DNA from: the human T2T-CHM13v2.0 reference genome, Homo sapiens
NCBI RefSeq assembly: GCF_009914755.1
Contig: NC_060930.1
DNA length: 64,000 bases
Strand: one strand, 5' to 3'
The notes under the pieces were generated by a model. The model saw only the letters and a list, made by a program, of their open reading frames with translations, was not told the origin of the DNA and ran no database searches. The number at the start of each line of letters is the position of its first letter. Within the stretch, counting starts at the first letter, position 1. This document shows, piece by piece, positions 36,708-51,392 of the stretch. Position numbers and translations under genes: made by a program.

Positions 36708-36950
36708 TAGTGGTGTGTAGTAATTAAAAGCACAGACCCTAGAACCAAAGCTGCTGGTTTTAAAACCCACCTCCACCACTTAATGTTATGGTACCTTAAG
36801 AAAATTACTCAAACAAGCTGTGCCTTTGTTACCTTATCTATAAAATGGTGATAACAGTATTTCTGTCAAAGGGATAAAATGTGTTAATATATGTAAATCC
36901 CTAAGAAAAAACACTTGTACCTAATAAGATCTAAGTAAGCATAATTACTA
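36708..36950 (+). mobile_element. MIR SINE
   Basis: Colinear with the MIR core: 'ctccaccacttaatg...accttaagaaaattactcaa...ctgtgcctttgttaccttatctataaaatggtgataa'. Confidence 0.8.
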
Positions 36951-37085
36951 ACATTGTTTTGACATTTTCAAGAGAAAAAACGACTATAAGAGCAAAGCCA
37001 TAATTCTGACAAGTTGATATTTTTCTTAAATTAATTCATTCTGTGCCTTACAAACAATACATTTATTTCTGGCTCCTAAATATTT

Positions 37086-37110
37086 ACACACACACACATA
37101 CACACATACA
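37086..37110. repeat. (CA)n/(CATA) microsatellite
   Basis: acacacacacatacacacataca. Confidence 0.8.
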
Positions 37111-38141
37111 TCTTACCACTTTACAATAATTCTGTCTGTTCACTGAAATAGTGGAGAAACTTTTATCACTATTACCACCATTCTTACTAAGAAGCTGAAA
37201 TTATTCCTGGACTACTGTTATAAATTCTAATAAGAAAGTTAAGAGGGCTATTGGTGGGGTGGTGAGAGGATGTGTCTAGAGCTCTGAAAATTCAGGGGTC
37301 ATGTAAAAACCTATACATCCATCTCCATGGTTTTTATAGCTCCCACCATGCTGACCACCATATCACTGGCAACACTATAATTCAGGGACTGGAAAATAAG
37401 GCAGAGGTCACCTCCTTCAGCATCGTTTATGATCTCTCCATTGTCCTGTTTTCCAAGAAGATTCTGGACACTGCTCTAATACATCTAGTACACACCACAC
37501 TTGGCCCAACTTCCACTCACTTCAGTCTCTGACTTCAGTCACTTCCCTCCAGACACTTAGAAATTTTAACAATTCCTCCATTTCCAAGTTTATCTTTCCT
37601 AGGACACAAGACTTTATGTTTCCCTTTGCCCCTTTTTCAAAATCCTGCCAATCTCTTTACTTCGCATTAAAACTGACACTGGTTTTGCTCAACTTTGAAC
37701 ATTTCCCTCCTTGGAAAGGTGAGCTGAATGTAGACCAAAGTAGAAAAATGAACCTAAGAGCAACATGTCAGCAAAAGACTCTTTCTAACCCTTAGCAAGT
37801 AGGAAAAGGGAACTAAATGTAAGAATCAACAGTGTTAACAATTTCTGCATATATTGAGCAATGATTTATTGATCAGTAAACACTATGGTAGATGATAGAA
37901 ACAAAAAGTAAATAGAAATAGAATTTAGTGCCAGTTTTCAAGAAAGTTAAATATAGCAAAAGAGATGCATGCAATTAATGATATTATAATGTGATAAATA
38001 CCATAAAAGCAAAGAAGATAAATCCTCAATTACAAAACTAATGTGTGTAGGTTCTATAAAAATTAATCTTTGTTTGCAAAAGCAAATGCCTCCATTGTAT
38101 GGGTGGACATACAAACATTCAAAGAAATCACATCTTTAAAG

Positions 38142-38306
38142 CCCTGTTCCTCAAAGTGTGGTCCCCAGGCCAACAGCATCTGCATCAACCCGGAGCTTAT
38201 GAGAAATGCAAAATCTCAGGTCCCACCACAGACCCACTGAATATAAATCTGATATTAATTAAATCTCCTGATGATTCCTGGGCACATTAAAATTTGAGAA
38301 GCACTA
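38142..38306. mobile_element. MER5A (hAT-Charlie)
   Basis: 'ctcaaagtgtggtcccca...agaaatgcaaaatctcagg...aaatttgagaagcact'. Degenerate 8-bp flanks ctttaaag/cactaaag. Confidence 0.85.
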
Positions 38307-38419
38307 CACTAAAGCAAATCTTAACTTGGTACAAGAAGTGGCTTTGACAAAAGCTGAAATCTGACTCCTATTTCAAACGTGCTATATAGGAGAGTGAGTT
38401 GGTAGCTTCTTAGGGGAGT

Positions 38420-38472
38420 ATTCTTCCAGTGCTTAGCATGTCGTAGGTACTCAATAAGTGTTTATTGACTAA
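38420..38472 (+). mobile_element. L2 3' tip
   Basis: 'ccagtgcttagca...gtaggtactcaataagtgtttattga'. Confidence 0.5.
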
Positions 38473-39563
38473 GTACAAAACTGAAGGACTAAAGCAATGA
38501 TTAAAATCACTTATGAGTAATGTTTCTAATACTGTTTTGAGCACGGAAGACAAAAGGAAGGAGTGAAGTAATAGCATTAAGTAACCCAGCATGTTAAAGC
38601 AGTCATTTTAAACCACACTTTGAGTATTTTCAATTAAATAAGAAAAAAAAAACATACAAACAGAAGGCATTCAGTGTTGTGTTGATTTGAAATTGAATTT
38701 TAGCTTAATTCTACTTATTAATGTAGGAGAACTAAAATTTTGGGTAACATTTTGAAATTTTTATTATCTTTATCAACTATTTCAAAAATATAAGTTAATG
38801 CTAGAAGGGACATTGGCTGTTGCTAATTTCATAGTTACGTAAATCAGCAGTGTGGGATTTAAGCTGTCAACATGATAACAAAAACTCAATGTCTTCTAAC
38901 ATGACGTATCAACAAGTGCATACAAATTAGAAAGCCACACGATTCCAAAGAGCCACATTAAATCCACCTATGCTAAAAGAGGGGCAATAAATTCCAGTAA
39001 GAAGCAAAGCATACGTTTTAATTATTTCGCATGTTAAAACATAAAATGGGAAGACATATAAAGCTTTTGGTAAAGAAGGGCAATGCTTTCAGAAAAATAT
39101 AGAGACATTTTTAGAATTAATTGCTTGATTCTAATTAAAGGAATATAACGGTTAGAGGCACAGTGGTTACTAAAACTCTGATTTTATTTGCATACATTAA
39201 TATGACAACTGAATCTTCAGACAAAGGTTATTTTATTTTATTAAAATACAAAAGATCTTAAACTTTTCCTCAAATATGTGTTTACCTATATCACAAACCA
39301 GTTAAATGGTGTTCTTAGTTTTATAGCAACTAAATAGCCATGACGCTTAATATCAACAACCTCAAAAACACCTGAAAGTAGAACCCTGAAGCAGCCTATA
39401 TATTAGCAGAAGATACAAGTGTATTTCCACCTTTTTAGCAAAGTGACCTATTACAAATTATCCCCAGTGGCACCTGCATCCTAGATCCTCAGGCACAACT
39501 TAAGAGGATTGTCATGTAATTATAGAAAGGTAAAAGTTTATCTCACCATTAAAAATGAGCTTT

Positions 39564-39798
39564 GCACTGGGCAAGGCAGAAGGATCACTTGAGTCCAGGA
39601 GTTTGAGACCAGCCTTTGCAAGGTAGTAAGACTCCATCTCTACACACAAAAAAATTAAAAATTAACCAGGCATAGTACCACATGCCTGTGTTTCTACCTA
39701 CTCAATCATTTGAGCCCGGGAGGTTAAGGCTGCACTGAGCCATGATTGTGCCACTGCACTTCAGCTTGGGTGACAGAGTGAGACCCTGTCTCAAAGAA
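39564..39798 (+). mobile_element. 5'-truncated AluJ
   Basis: Alu body with J features. TSD attaaaaa(t/ca)gagcttt at 39548-39563 and 39799-39815. Confidence 0.85.
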
Positions 39799-41544
39799 AT
39801 TAAAAACAGAGCTTTTAACAGTCAAAGCCATCTAAAAGCAAAAGGTTATCTAATTTGGTCGATATTTTTCTGTAACAGGAAGATTTCACCCAGAAATCAC
39901 CATGATACTCTGATGTGTATTAAACCACTAGCTTTGTACAAAATAAATGAGTCTTATTTCAATTCTTAAATAATTATTACATCCAGTACACAAAACTCAA
40001 CATTTTGGACACATGTTTTAACTTAGAAAAACTATAGCTTGTCCCCTCTTTCTGTGTCACACTGTACTTGTTTACTAGAAGTGTATTATTTCTCTATCTT
40101 CAGTCTCCATGATTTCATTTAATTACAGGGCTTGATAGCATGATAAATAATAGGTGACTACCTCAATTGTGCTTTTCTTCTCTCTCCTCATCCCAATTGT
40201 GAATTAAGGCCAGTATTTCACATTAAGTGCAAATGGATCACTTTATATCTAGCAGATGATTTAGAAAGCTCATAAAAACATGTGTTCACTTCCCTTTGCC
40301 CCACCCCTTAGCTGAATTCTAAAATACTCTCTAGAAGAAGGCGGGGTGGAAATAAAGTCCCTTTTAATAAGTAGACCCAAACACTGAATAAAATACGCCT
40401 ATAATGAAGACTTTCAAAATGATGTCTATCTAATCCTCTGCAATTCTGCAGTTTCTGGATGAATTGTGTGCTTTTATAGATTGCAGAAAATAAACACGCT
40501 TCTTTCTTTCTCCTCCTTGTCCTTCTCCTCTTAATCTTGCTCTCATCTTTCTTCATTTTGAAAAGTAGTTGCTGAAAACAGTAAGAGAAAAGAAAGAGAA
40601 AGAAAATAGAGTTATCTCTGTTTCTCTCTCTTTGACTTTTAAAATGTCTATTTATAGATAATAAATGTCTCTGTTCACAAATTAGTTAATTGGGCAATGA
40701 AAGAGAGAGATGTAATTTTGTAAAACCTAATTTGGCCTTTGAAAGTCTCAGCACTCATAGGAAACCCATGTCAAAGTTTCAGAAAAGTCTGTTAACGTAT
40801 TTAGTATATAAATGCTATTGACAGTGAACTCTTCCAGTGTTGCCATAATTACTGATATTAAAGGTCTTGTAGCTATTTATATACGTGTTTTTGTATAACA
40901 CATAGTACTTTTTCAATCTAATAGTGATTGTTCAAATCCTTGAATCATAAAGGATGGTTATCTAGCTGCCCTTTCAACATGAGAAATCCGACAATGAAAT
41001 ATTTTCACTTTTAAATACACAATCATGCTTTGAGTGCTAAAAAGCACAAGTAGGTCAGGAACCAGTTATCTAAGGTATTTCTTTGAGGGTGACAGTAAAT
41101 TCAAGCTGGAATTTAAGGAACCCTTATGCAACCATTCTGGATTTCCTATCTAAGTACAAAAATATTTGGAGAAAAGTTTCATTTTCAATTTTAAATATGC
41201 CTTGGGGACTATGACTATCTATTGCTAAACTTGCAAAAAATTTTGAAGCTTATAAACATAAATATTTTGGCTAAATTTTAAACTATATAGATGGCATATA
41301 TGGTGAGGGAACCCAAAGGAATTCAACTCAAAATTACAAAACTGCCAGAGAGATAGAAATCTACCAACAAAATCTCACCATTAATGAGAATATCATTTTC
41401 AATCCCAAAGCTCTTATTTCTAGTACTAAATAACATTATTCTATATTACTAATTGTTTACTGTCCTATAGGTGATGGTGAAAAAAAAAAGGTAGGCAAAC
41501 AAAAGGTAGTTGGTAAAAAAAGAAAAAAAACATTACCGAAATTA

Positions 41545-41780
<236 letters not shown>

Positions 41781-44700
41781 AAAGCAATCTACTAAGACAA
41801 ATGGAGAAACTATAGATTTCTCACTGTGGTGTTATCCACTTGCTGAAGGAGTCTCTGGGGATATAGATTAAAGAAACTATGTATATTTAGACCTTTACAT
41901 CAGTAAAGCTGCCATTGGAAGAGGAAGAATTTGGTGGTTGAAGGGGAGATCACCATGGAAAGTTATTAAGACCAAAGTTTCACTGAAGCAGGAAGGAGTT
42001 TTACAAATGATGCTCTTGTTGTCAGAGTTTCTGTTTTCCCAATATACTTTGTCCCCTACTTTACCTTATCTTCCTTTAGGGAAAATTCACCTCCTAGTTG
42101 TTACAATTCATTATTTTCAATAGCCTGTGTTTTTTTTAATCTTTTGATAGAGCGAAGCAACCCAAATACTTATTAGAATATATCCTATGCTAGTATCTTT
42201 CTGTTCTCAGCAGCTAGTGTGGTTATGCAAGAACAAAATTTATGTAAATGTTAATCTAGGTTCCCTGTTTCTCTTGTTGATGACTGAAGAGCTTAAAAAG
42301 CGAAAAATGTAATTCAATTAATTTCTTCTAATTAAAGTACAATATTAAAAAAATCAACAATCACTGTAGCTTAATTGACATTAGTCATTAATTGACAATC
42401 TTCCTAAAGTTGCTAGGGATTGGTTTTCAGTCCAATAACTCCACTACAACTAGGGATCTTTGTTCAGATAGGGTCACCTACGTAGACTACAGACCCTTAT
42501 CTAGACTACATAGCTTCCCAGAAGTCACTCATGTACTGAAGGAGAAAAATGTAAAAGTGTTAATATAAATATAATTAACTTTTCTGAGTATGCTTAAAAT
42601 AATGTATTTTATATTAGTTTTTTTATTTTTGCTAAATTTGGAATTATGCATTTATTAACTAGTATTTGTAGAAGAGACATGATATGATGTAGGCTTTTTT
42701 CCAAAGCCTAGGACAGAGAAATTATACATTCTTCTATTTCTTTAATACTCCTTTTGAAGAAATGGACTATATATTCTTTTTTCCTAGTAAATTGGAACTA
42801 AAAATAATTTTTGACTCAATGCCAACTATTTAACAGCATAGTCTGATATCTGTGAGGAAATTTAGTTTATACATAAGAAGCTTGATGTGACATAATAGGT
42901 TCTCCTCAAAAATATCTGGACATCTGAAATTCAGGCAGCCAGCATTCTATCAGGCTGTGTGCTTTGGACATGTAGCATTTGTAATCCAACTTGCTGATCA
43001 CGGAAATCAGAATAGAAGTTTAATTGGAACCCCTATTCTCCATCATCAACTGTAATAAGAAAGAAAAGTAGCATCTTTCATGTAAGATCTTTGGTTACAA
43101 CTAAATGAGGCTTTGGGCTTTGACAAACACAATTCCTTTACTATATTTTTAAAAAATCAGAGTCAGTGATTAGATCTCTTTCTATTAAAAAAGTATCACA
43201 TTTGCAAACTGCAGTATGCTACTGAGAAAATGGCACAATTTAATAAAAAGGAGATAGAAGTACCCCGCTCTCACTATTATCATCACATTTGGGTTTCTGT
43301 AATATTTTGTGCAATCATTAAAAGCAAGGCAACGGTAATATTTTAGCCATCTCAATACCTAGAAGATTTCTATTACTTTGGCTAGGAACGTTTTCCTTGG
43401 ATGGTTGGTTGGCAATATCCAAAGGATAATTTTAGGTCCTCAAGAATTAAGTACAGGTCTATTTTTATGAGGTGGGACAGATTGGAAACAGTTCTTTTTG
43501 CTTGTTCCAATGAAATTGGAAATGAAAAGAATGTGTGTCATATGAGGGACAAGTGTCATGAAGCCCATCTGAATTATACTTCATACCCCTCTTTATAGCC
43601 TAATGTTCAACAATATCCATTTTCCTGGCAGTATTGCACCCATCAAAAACAAGTTATTGACACTTATGTCTCATATATAAATCAAATAAGGCAGACAAAG
43701 CAAAGAAGGTGGTTTTAGAGAGATTGGATGGTGGAGTCGAATAATGTATTTGTTTTTCACCTCTAGGATATCACTTTAATACCACACTGAAACAATGGCA
43801 CAAAATCATTCCAATTAAATGGTCTTAAAATAAGATATAAAGCAAATTCAGGTGATCGCATTCTGCCTGGTGTGTCAAGAGCTGACAGCACAAAATTGAG
43901 CAGAAATAGTTTAAATTTAGCATTCTTCACATATGTGTACAAGGACTGAGAGCAGAAATTGGATTTGCTTCAGTGGAGTCAATTAAGAAAGACTCAACAA
44001 GGAAGGGTTGAAGTGCATTGACAGGGCACTGGGAATTCTATGAGTATTGACTAGCACTGGGTTGGGTACAAATTAAGTAAAGCATTCTATTTCTGACATT
44101 AATTTTCTTCAACTGAGAAATTACAATAATAGATGAACGATGATTATGATACTAATAATAATAAAAGACAAATGTAATTAAGAGACACATTCACCAGTGA
44201 TCAGATACCAGACAGCCATGTCATATTCACTTTGATTTTCAAGGCCTCTGGTCATATAGTTTATTTCACACAGTTCTTCTGCTGAGATTCCGGTCATTAT
44301 ACTTCATTCCATTTCCTGGTGCTATTCGCATAATATAATCTCTGCTCTAATGGATTAAGAATCACCTAAGAATAAAGAAAAGTTTTTTCTTTATCATACC
44401 CATGGCAAATTATTTAACCTGCTCTGGCTTTCTCAGCATGGCATTCACTTTCCTTCCCTTGCCTATGAAATCTGTGATTTGAAATGTTAGACAGGAGTCA
44501 TTTGTTTTATCATTAGCTAATGTTTGCCATGAAATTAAAAGCAAGGAGAAGTTATAAAGGGGAAGATACATTAATCAAAACAAATCAATAACCAGTCTGC
44601 AGTTTGATGCTTATTTTATTAAAAATTGCCAGATTAGGAAAAATCTCCCCCCTCCTAAAAATAAAATAAATGTGCATTTTCAAGGATTTGAGGAAGTTAG

Positions 44701-45659
44701 AATACCCTTGATTCTATAGTTTTGGGAAGGAAAGAAATAAAAGTAAAGCTAAAAGTGAATCAACTTTTATGCTCTCTTCCTACCTCCTATTTCCTTTTAT
44801 TCTTCATAAAATATTTAAATTGAACATATTGGTAATAATCTTTAAACTGATTATTTTGAAAAAATATTTAACGCAAAAATATAAATAACCTTGTTTTAAG
44901 TAATTGGCATCTCATTTCTGTAAAATATTTTCCACATTTTGCTTTCTTTTTTTTTTATAAAATTGAAGTCTATGCCATAGCCTTATAAAGAAGATTAATA
45001 TTTTTTGCCATCCACATAGCAAGAAAAAGTAGGAGGTACAGGCTGATAAAAAATTAACCTGAAGCTACATAACCTAGGAACTAGCTGAAAAAAATATAAT
45101 TAAAAATCTATTAAATGTTGGCCTATGAAATATTGCTGTAAATACCCAATCTAGCAAATTTTCAGTATTCAGAAAAAGAAAAATCCTTAGCCTTATTCCT
45201 TAGGGCAATATTTTTAATTCTTTTGATTTTAGGCATAAAAGCCTAAATTTTACAATTTAGAAAATTAAAAAAAAATGGTTTCTTACATATCACTCTGCCT
45301 TCATGGGTTTGTCCTACATTTGCACTCTCCAAATCCAACATTGTACTCCAATAATTGGAGGTACATTATCCTGTAAACCATGCTGAACTCATTACAGTTC
45401 TGAAACCCTTATGTTTTCCATTGATCTGCTTAATAGTTTGATTTTGAACCTGGATTAATTGGAACTACCAACTAAAAACCAAGGAAGGAAGGCCTTTTTC
45501 CTCCACCACTGGGGAGCTTTGTGTCTCTAGCCTACACTCTCCTATGCCAACATCCACATTCTCTCATTTTGCTTCCTAATGTTAGAAAAGAACAGTGGTT
45601 CCTCTGACTATATAATTCAAGTAGTGTCCAACAGACAAGAGGAGAGACAGCAATCTCAC

Positions 45660-45920
45660 ATAATTACAGTTATCAGGCAGGCGGCAAAGCAGGTGGAGCA
45701 GAGGGAGAGACCCCAGCCTCAAACCACGTGGCACCAGTTGCTTTTCACCATATGGTAATGTGGGACTCTGTATTGCCAAAGCTATTTTTCAAGAGAATCC
45801 AGGATTCCTAAATGTTTGTGTCAGTTCACCCAATTTAAAAATTTTTTAAATGTTACCAATTTTAAAATAATGCAGTTTAGTCTAAATTACACAAATCCAC
45901 AAACCAACAGACATCAGCTG
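45660..45920. mobile_element. MER102-like hAT fragment
   Basis: 'tgtattgccaaagctatttttcaagagaatccagga...cccaatttaaaa...aaatgttacc'. Confidence 0.55.
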
Positions 45921-46296
45921 AGAATTGGAACTGTAGAGGAGGGGGCCACTAGGCAAAAGCAGTAGTTATGGAAGAATTAACAATTACCCCAAAGATAAAG
46001 CACCAAAGGAGAAGATAAGAAGAAAAGAAATACATGGACCTTTCTTTCCTCCCTCATTGCATCTTCAGCCAGTACTTTTTACTGCCTAAATCTAAGAAGA
46101 CTATCCGGCAGGACTCTCTAGCAAGAATACAACCTTTGAGATAATCTGGCAGGTTTGGCCTTTTATTGCATGGAGGATAGCAGGAAAAGCATAAATAATG
46201 GATTTGCAAAGGGCATACAGAGAGTTTTACGAAGGGGTGAACAGAACATTTTAGTAGAATGTATAGCATTACTTCCAGGGCAGGGCATCTTTTTGT

Positions 46297-46371
46297 GGAT
46301 GGCTGGCTGGCTGGCTGGATGGATGGATGGATGGATAAATGGGTGGATGGACGGATGGATGGACAGATGGA
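46297..46371. repeat. (GGCT)n(GGAT)n tetranucleotide microsatellite
   Basis: ggatggctggctggctggctggatggatggatgg... Confidence 0.92.
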
Positions 46372-46419
46372 CATCATGAGCTGAGTAATAACTTGGACAT
46401 TGCATGCAGCTTACATTGT

Positions 46420-46590
46420 AGCTACACCACTTTCTAATTTGTCTTGGATTTTTCCTCAATCTCAGTTTATCTGTAAAAACATAATAATAATAATAATATC
46501 ATCTACATTATAGGATGGTTTTAAATATTAAATTGCATGATATATATAAAATTCTTGGACATAAGCTTGACAGATAATAAGTATTTGAAT
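46420..46590 (+). mobile_element. MIR fragment
   Basis: 'ctcagtttatctgtaaaa...ataataata...ataggatggttttaaatattaaattg'. Confidence 0.7.
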
Positions 46591-47579
46591 TACTTGCTCT
46601 ATTTCACTTTGCCAAAAGCTTCTTTTGGGCTGGATTATTGGCTCAACACAGAATCATATTTTCAGAGGAATAAAATAGAATCAGAGGTACTAACCAGGTG
46701 AACCTTCTAGGTATGAGACAAAAAAGAGTAGTCATAAGAGACACTTTCTTTGTAATACTTATCTTCACTGTTGTCAGAATGTATGACACACGGAAAAGGC
46801 AATATATATGATTATTTTCTCATAATTAAAACTCTCAATTACAAGACGTCTTGAAGAGTAATTTGGAAACTGCTGTGTAGTTAATTGATTGCATAGAAAT
46901 ATATTTTTAAAGAATTATTAAAATCTGTGCTAAGGTTAGACTAGTTACAGAAGGCATAGATACTTAAAACCAAGAAGGCCAGTGAGGCCAGACGCAAGAT
47001 ACAGACATTAAGGTCAAGACCCTTGCGACTAGAATTGGCTAAAATAAAATGAGGTATTGCGAGGCATGGAGTCTGTCTTTGTGGGCACAGGAGGCTAAAA
47101 TGAAAATGCAGCAAATGATGCCCATCTTAATACTAAATTGTCTACAGATTATTATTATGTACTTAGGGTACAGAAAAAGTAAGAGATTTCCACTTGATAG
47201 TGTTATCCAAGGCATAAATGTGCAAATATAATGACATAGTAATAAATGAAAAAGAAAAGAAAGGCATTAGCACAACTGACAGAAAGCAAGAGTAGCAAAC
47301 AATTGTATTTCTACTGTTTAAAAAAAGTACATAATTTATTCGTAGTATTAATCTGAGTCCTTTTAATTCCTCTGTGCATGAAATCTCTTTTTAAAGAATT
47401 CCACTCTGGTGAATTAAAATAGAAAAAGCAAACTGGCAAGAATATTCTGTCCCAAGAATCTTAGACCTTCAGTTACACAGATGGAAATCATAGAACCTGA
47501 GTCTAAAGAAGATTATTTATAAATAACTATGGGCACATAAAATTAGTCTTATATTTGATTTCTGTCAGATGATCTAATT

Positions 47580-47780
47580 TAGTATTTCTCTCAATGCTGA
47601 CTGTACATTAGAATTGCCTGGGGAGTTTAAAAAAAAAAACACCAAAGTAATGATGCCAGAGTTCCACTGCTGATCAATTACACAAAAAAAAATGCATCTC
47701 CGGTGGTAGAATTCAGGAATCAGTATTTTAATAATGTTCCCAGATTTATTACAATGTGTACTGGTGGAATATTCCTCTAG
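47580..47780. mobile_element. MER5-family fragment
   Basis: 'gctgactgtacattagaattgcctggggagttt...caggaatcagtatttt...ttcccagat'. Confidence 0.7.
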
Positions 47781-48902
47781 ACTTCTGAGTCACACCCAAT
47801 TTTTTAAGGTGTCTAGTTCTAGACCCTGCACCCAACAGTACATTTAAGATACAATAAGAGAGAACAAACTTTGCCTTGAGGTATATAACTCAAGATAGAT
47901 TGAGTTATTCATACAACATTTAATAGAACTTTTTTTTAACATTTAGATTCAGGGGTACACGTGCAGATTTGTTATACAAGTACATTGCATGTCATGAGGA
48001 TTTTTTGTATAGATTATTTTATAACCCATTACCACCAGGTAATAAACACAGTATCTAGCTCCATCCATTTTGCTGCAAAGAACATGATCTCATTCTTTTT
48101 TATGGCTATGTAGTATTCTATGCTGAATATGTACCACTTTTTTTAATCCTGTCTTCCATTGATGGAATGTGGGTTGATTCCATGTCTCTGCTGTTGTGAA
48201 TAGTGGTGCAATAAACATACATGTGCATGTGCCTTTGTGGTAGAACAAATTATATTCTTTTGGGTATATACCCAGTAATGGGATTGCTGGGTCAAATGGT
48301 AGTTCAGTTTTAAGTTCTTTGAGGACCTTCCAAACTGCTTTCGACAGTGGCTAAACTAATTTATATTACCACACCCAGTATGTAAGTGTTCCCTTTTCCC
48401 CACAATCTTGCCAGCATGTGCTATTTTCTTAGTTTTTATTATAGCCATTCTGACTGCTGTGAGATGATATCTCATTGTGGTTTTGATTTGCATTTCTCTA
48501 GTGATTAGTGATATGGGCGTTTTTTCATATGCTTGTATGTTTTCTTTTGGTAAGTGTTCATATCCATTACTCACTTTTTAATGGGGTGGCTTGTTAATTT
48601 GTTTAAGTCCCCTATAGATTCTGGATATTAGCCCTTTGTTGGATGTATAGTTTGCAAATGTTACTCCCATTCTGTAAGCTGTTTGTCCCATCCCATTTCT
48701 GTTTACTATGTTGATTGTTTCTTTTGCTGTGCAGAAGTTCTTTAGTTTAATAAGGTTCCACTTGTCAATTTTTGTTTTTGCTGCAATTTCTTTTGGTATC
48801 TTTGTCACGAAATCTTTGCCAGTTCCTATGTCCAGAATGCTATTCCATAGGTTATTTTGTAGGGTTTTTATAGTTTTAGGTTTTACATTTAAGTCTTTAA
48901 TC

Positions 48903-49236
48903 CAGGGGTCCCAACACCCAGGCATGGACTGGTTCTGATCTGTGACCTGTTAGGAACCGGGCTGCACAGCAAAAGATGAATAGAGCACAAGTAAGCATTA
49001 CCGCCTAAGTTCTGCCTCCTGGCAGATCAGCTGAGGCATTGGGTTCTTATAGAAGCATGAACCCTATTATAAACTGCACATGCGAGAGATCTAGGTTGCA
49101 TGCTCCTTATTAGACTCTAATGCCTGATAATCTGAGGTGGAACAGTTTCTTCCCAAAACCATCCCCTTTCCCTATCCATGGAAAAATTGTCTTCCACAAA
49201 ACTAGGCCCTGGTGACAAAAAGTCTGAGGACCGCAG
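48903..49236 (+). mobile_element. MER1B inserted in L1 ORF2
   Basis: caggggtccc...gaggaccgcag. Perfect 8-bp TSD CTTTAATC at 48895-48902 and 49237-49244. Confidence 0.92.
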
Positions 49237-49891
49237 CTTTAATCCATCTTGAGTTTATTTTTGTGTATGGTATAAGGAAGGAGTCTAGCTTTAATCTTCT
49301 GCACATGGTTAGCCAGTTATCCCAGCACCATTTATTGAATAGGGTGTCCTTTCTCCATGGCTTTTCTTTGTCAACTTTGTTGAAGATCGGATGGTTTTAG
49401 GTGTGCAGTTTTGTTTCTGGACTCTCTATTTTGTTCCACTGATCTATGTGTCCGTTTTATATTTATTTATTTATTTTACCAGTACCATGCTATTTTGTTT
49501 ACTGTAGCCTTGTAGTATAGTTTGAAGTCAGGTAATGCAATGCCTCCAGACCATTTCTTTTTGCTTAGTATTGCTTTGGCTATTTGGCCTCTTTTTTGGT
49601 TCCATATGAATTTTAAAACAGTTTTTTTCTAATTCTATGAAGAATGTCATTGGTTGTTTAATAGGAATAGCATTGAATCTATGAATTGCTTTGGGCGGTA
49701 TGGCCATTTGCAGTATGGCCATTTGAATGATTTTGTTTCTTCCTATCCATGACCATGAAATGGTTTTCCATTTGTTTGTGTCATCTCTGATTTTTTTCAG
49801 TAGTGTTTTGCAATTCTCGTTATAGGGATCTTTCACCTCCCTGGTTAGCTGTATTCCTAGGTAAATTTCATTATTTTTGTGGCTATTTTGA

Positions 49892-50194
<303 letters not shown>

Positions 50195-50504
50195 GGATTG
50201 CATTCTTGATTTGGCTCTCAAATTTGGATATTTTTGGTGTATAGAAATGCTACTGATTTTTGTACATTGATTTTGTATTCTGAAACTTTGCTGACATTGT
50301 TATCAGATGCAGAAGTTTTGGGGCAGAGACTACAGGGTTTTCTAGGTATAAAATCATATAGTCTGCAAACAGAGTTAGTTTGACTTTCTGTCTTCTTATT
50401 TGGATGCTTTTTATTTTTCTCTTGCCTGAGTGCAATAGAACAGATCTTAATGGAAAGCAAGTAATTTAAAAATAAAGAGAGCTTTATTAGATATGCATTG
50501 CCTT

Positions 50505-50760
50505 TTTGAACCATAGAATTTTAGAGCTAAAAGAAATGACAAACAGTATCTAGTCAGAAATAATAAAGCATCTTGGATATAAGCTATTTTAAAGATCCTC
50601 AGTTCCCCATACTTTTACCTACTACCAACTATTACAAAAATGAGAAAACCAAGGCCCAGTAAAGGAAAGTAAGGAAATTAAACGGATAAAGTTAGTTAGG
50701 AACGAGACACAATTCCAGTCCAAGTCTCCTGACCCTGAAGTTGGTGTTGTTAAATCTACT
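50505..50760 (-). mobile_element. MIR/MIR3 fragment
   Basis: 'catagaattttagagctaaaag...aaatgagaaaaccaaggcccag...ccaagtctcctgacc'. Confidence 0.6.
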
Positions 50761-50814
50761 TTACATTTTAAGTCAAAAATTTTGAGATAAACATGATGAT
50801 CTCATATTTAATTG

Positions 50815-51392
50815 GGGAGGAGGTGATATTAAATTATTCTATTGTGATTTGGGTTATATGGAAAAAATGTGTTTCCAAGAATCTCTTTCCCTGTGTAGTT
50901 CTGGGTTTGAGTTGGTCAAAAGGGAAGTTGTGGGGAGGATACAGTGAGGCGGCACATGATTCTCTGATGATATTTAAGTCAGATGTGGTTGACAGACAGG
51001 TAATAAATGATGGCAGATTCCATCTTGTTCTACCTCTCCTTGTTTCATGTCCAGCTTTCTCTCTAACTTTTTGACACTTTTGACCAACGGCAACCACAGA
51101 CACTGGGCCATGAACTCACAGAAGCAGTAGGTTCTTGGAACTACCAGTCCTCTGTGGGATTTCCCATCGGCTCCCCTTGGTGGTCTCATTCTGGCTGCAA
51201 GCTCTGACCTATTTACCCATACCAGGGCACCCAGGAGTGCTGGTTCAGAGATGTTTCTCTGATCTTCCAACTTATCTTTGTGGACAATCGCTTCTGTAGT
51301 GCCATTCAAGAAAGTGTAAGATTCTATAATAAGCTCTGTATTTTCTAATTCTTATATTATTTCTACTTTCATAAGTGAACCCTGACAGATAT
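50815..51392 (+). mobile_element. Ancient ERVL solo LTR (LTR52/LTR33-like)
   Basis: 'tttccaagaatctctttccctgtgtagttctgggtttgagttggtcaaaaggg' and 3' end 'ctataataagc...tgaaccctgacagata'. Subfamily is tentative. Confidence 0.6.

Noticed and set aside
40592-40635. Imperfect purine/pyrimidine hairpin
   Set aside because: Low-complexity GA/TC complementarity, expected by chance.
50974-51309. 111-aa minus-strand ORF that looks protein-like
   Set aside because: It falls inside an ERVL-type LTR (50815-51392), has a TTG start and resembles no protein I recognise.
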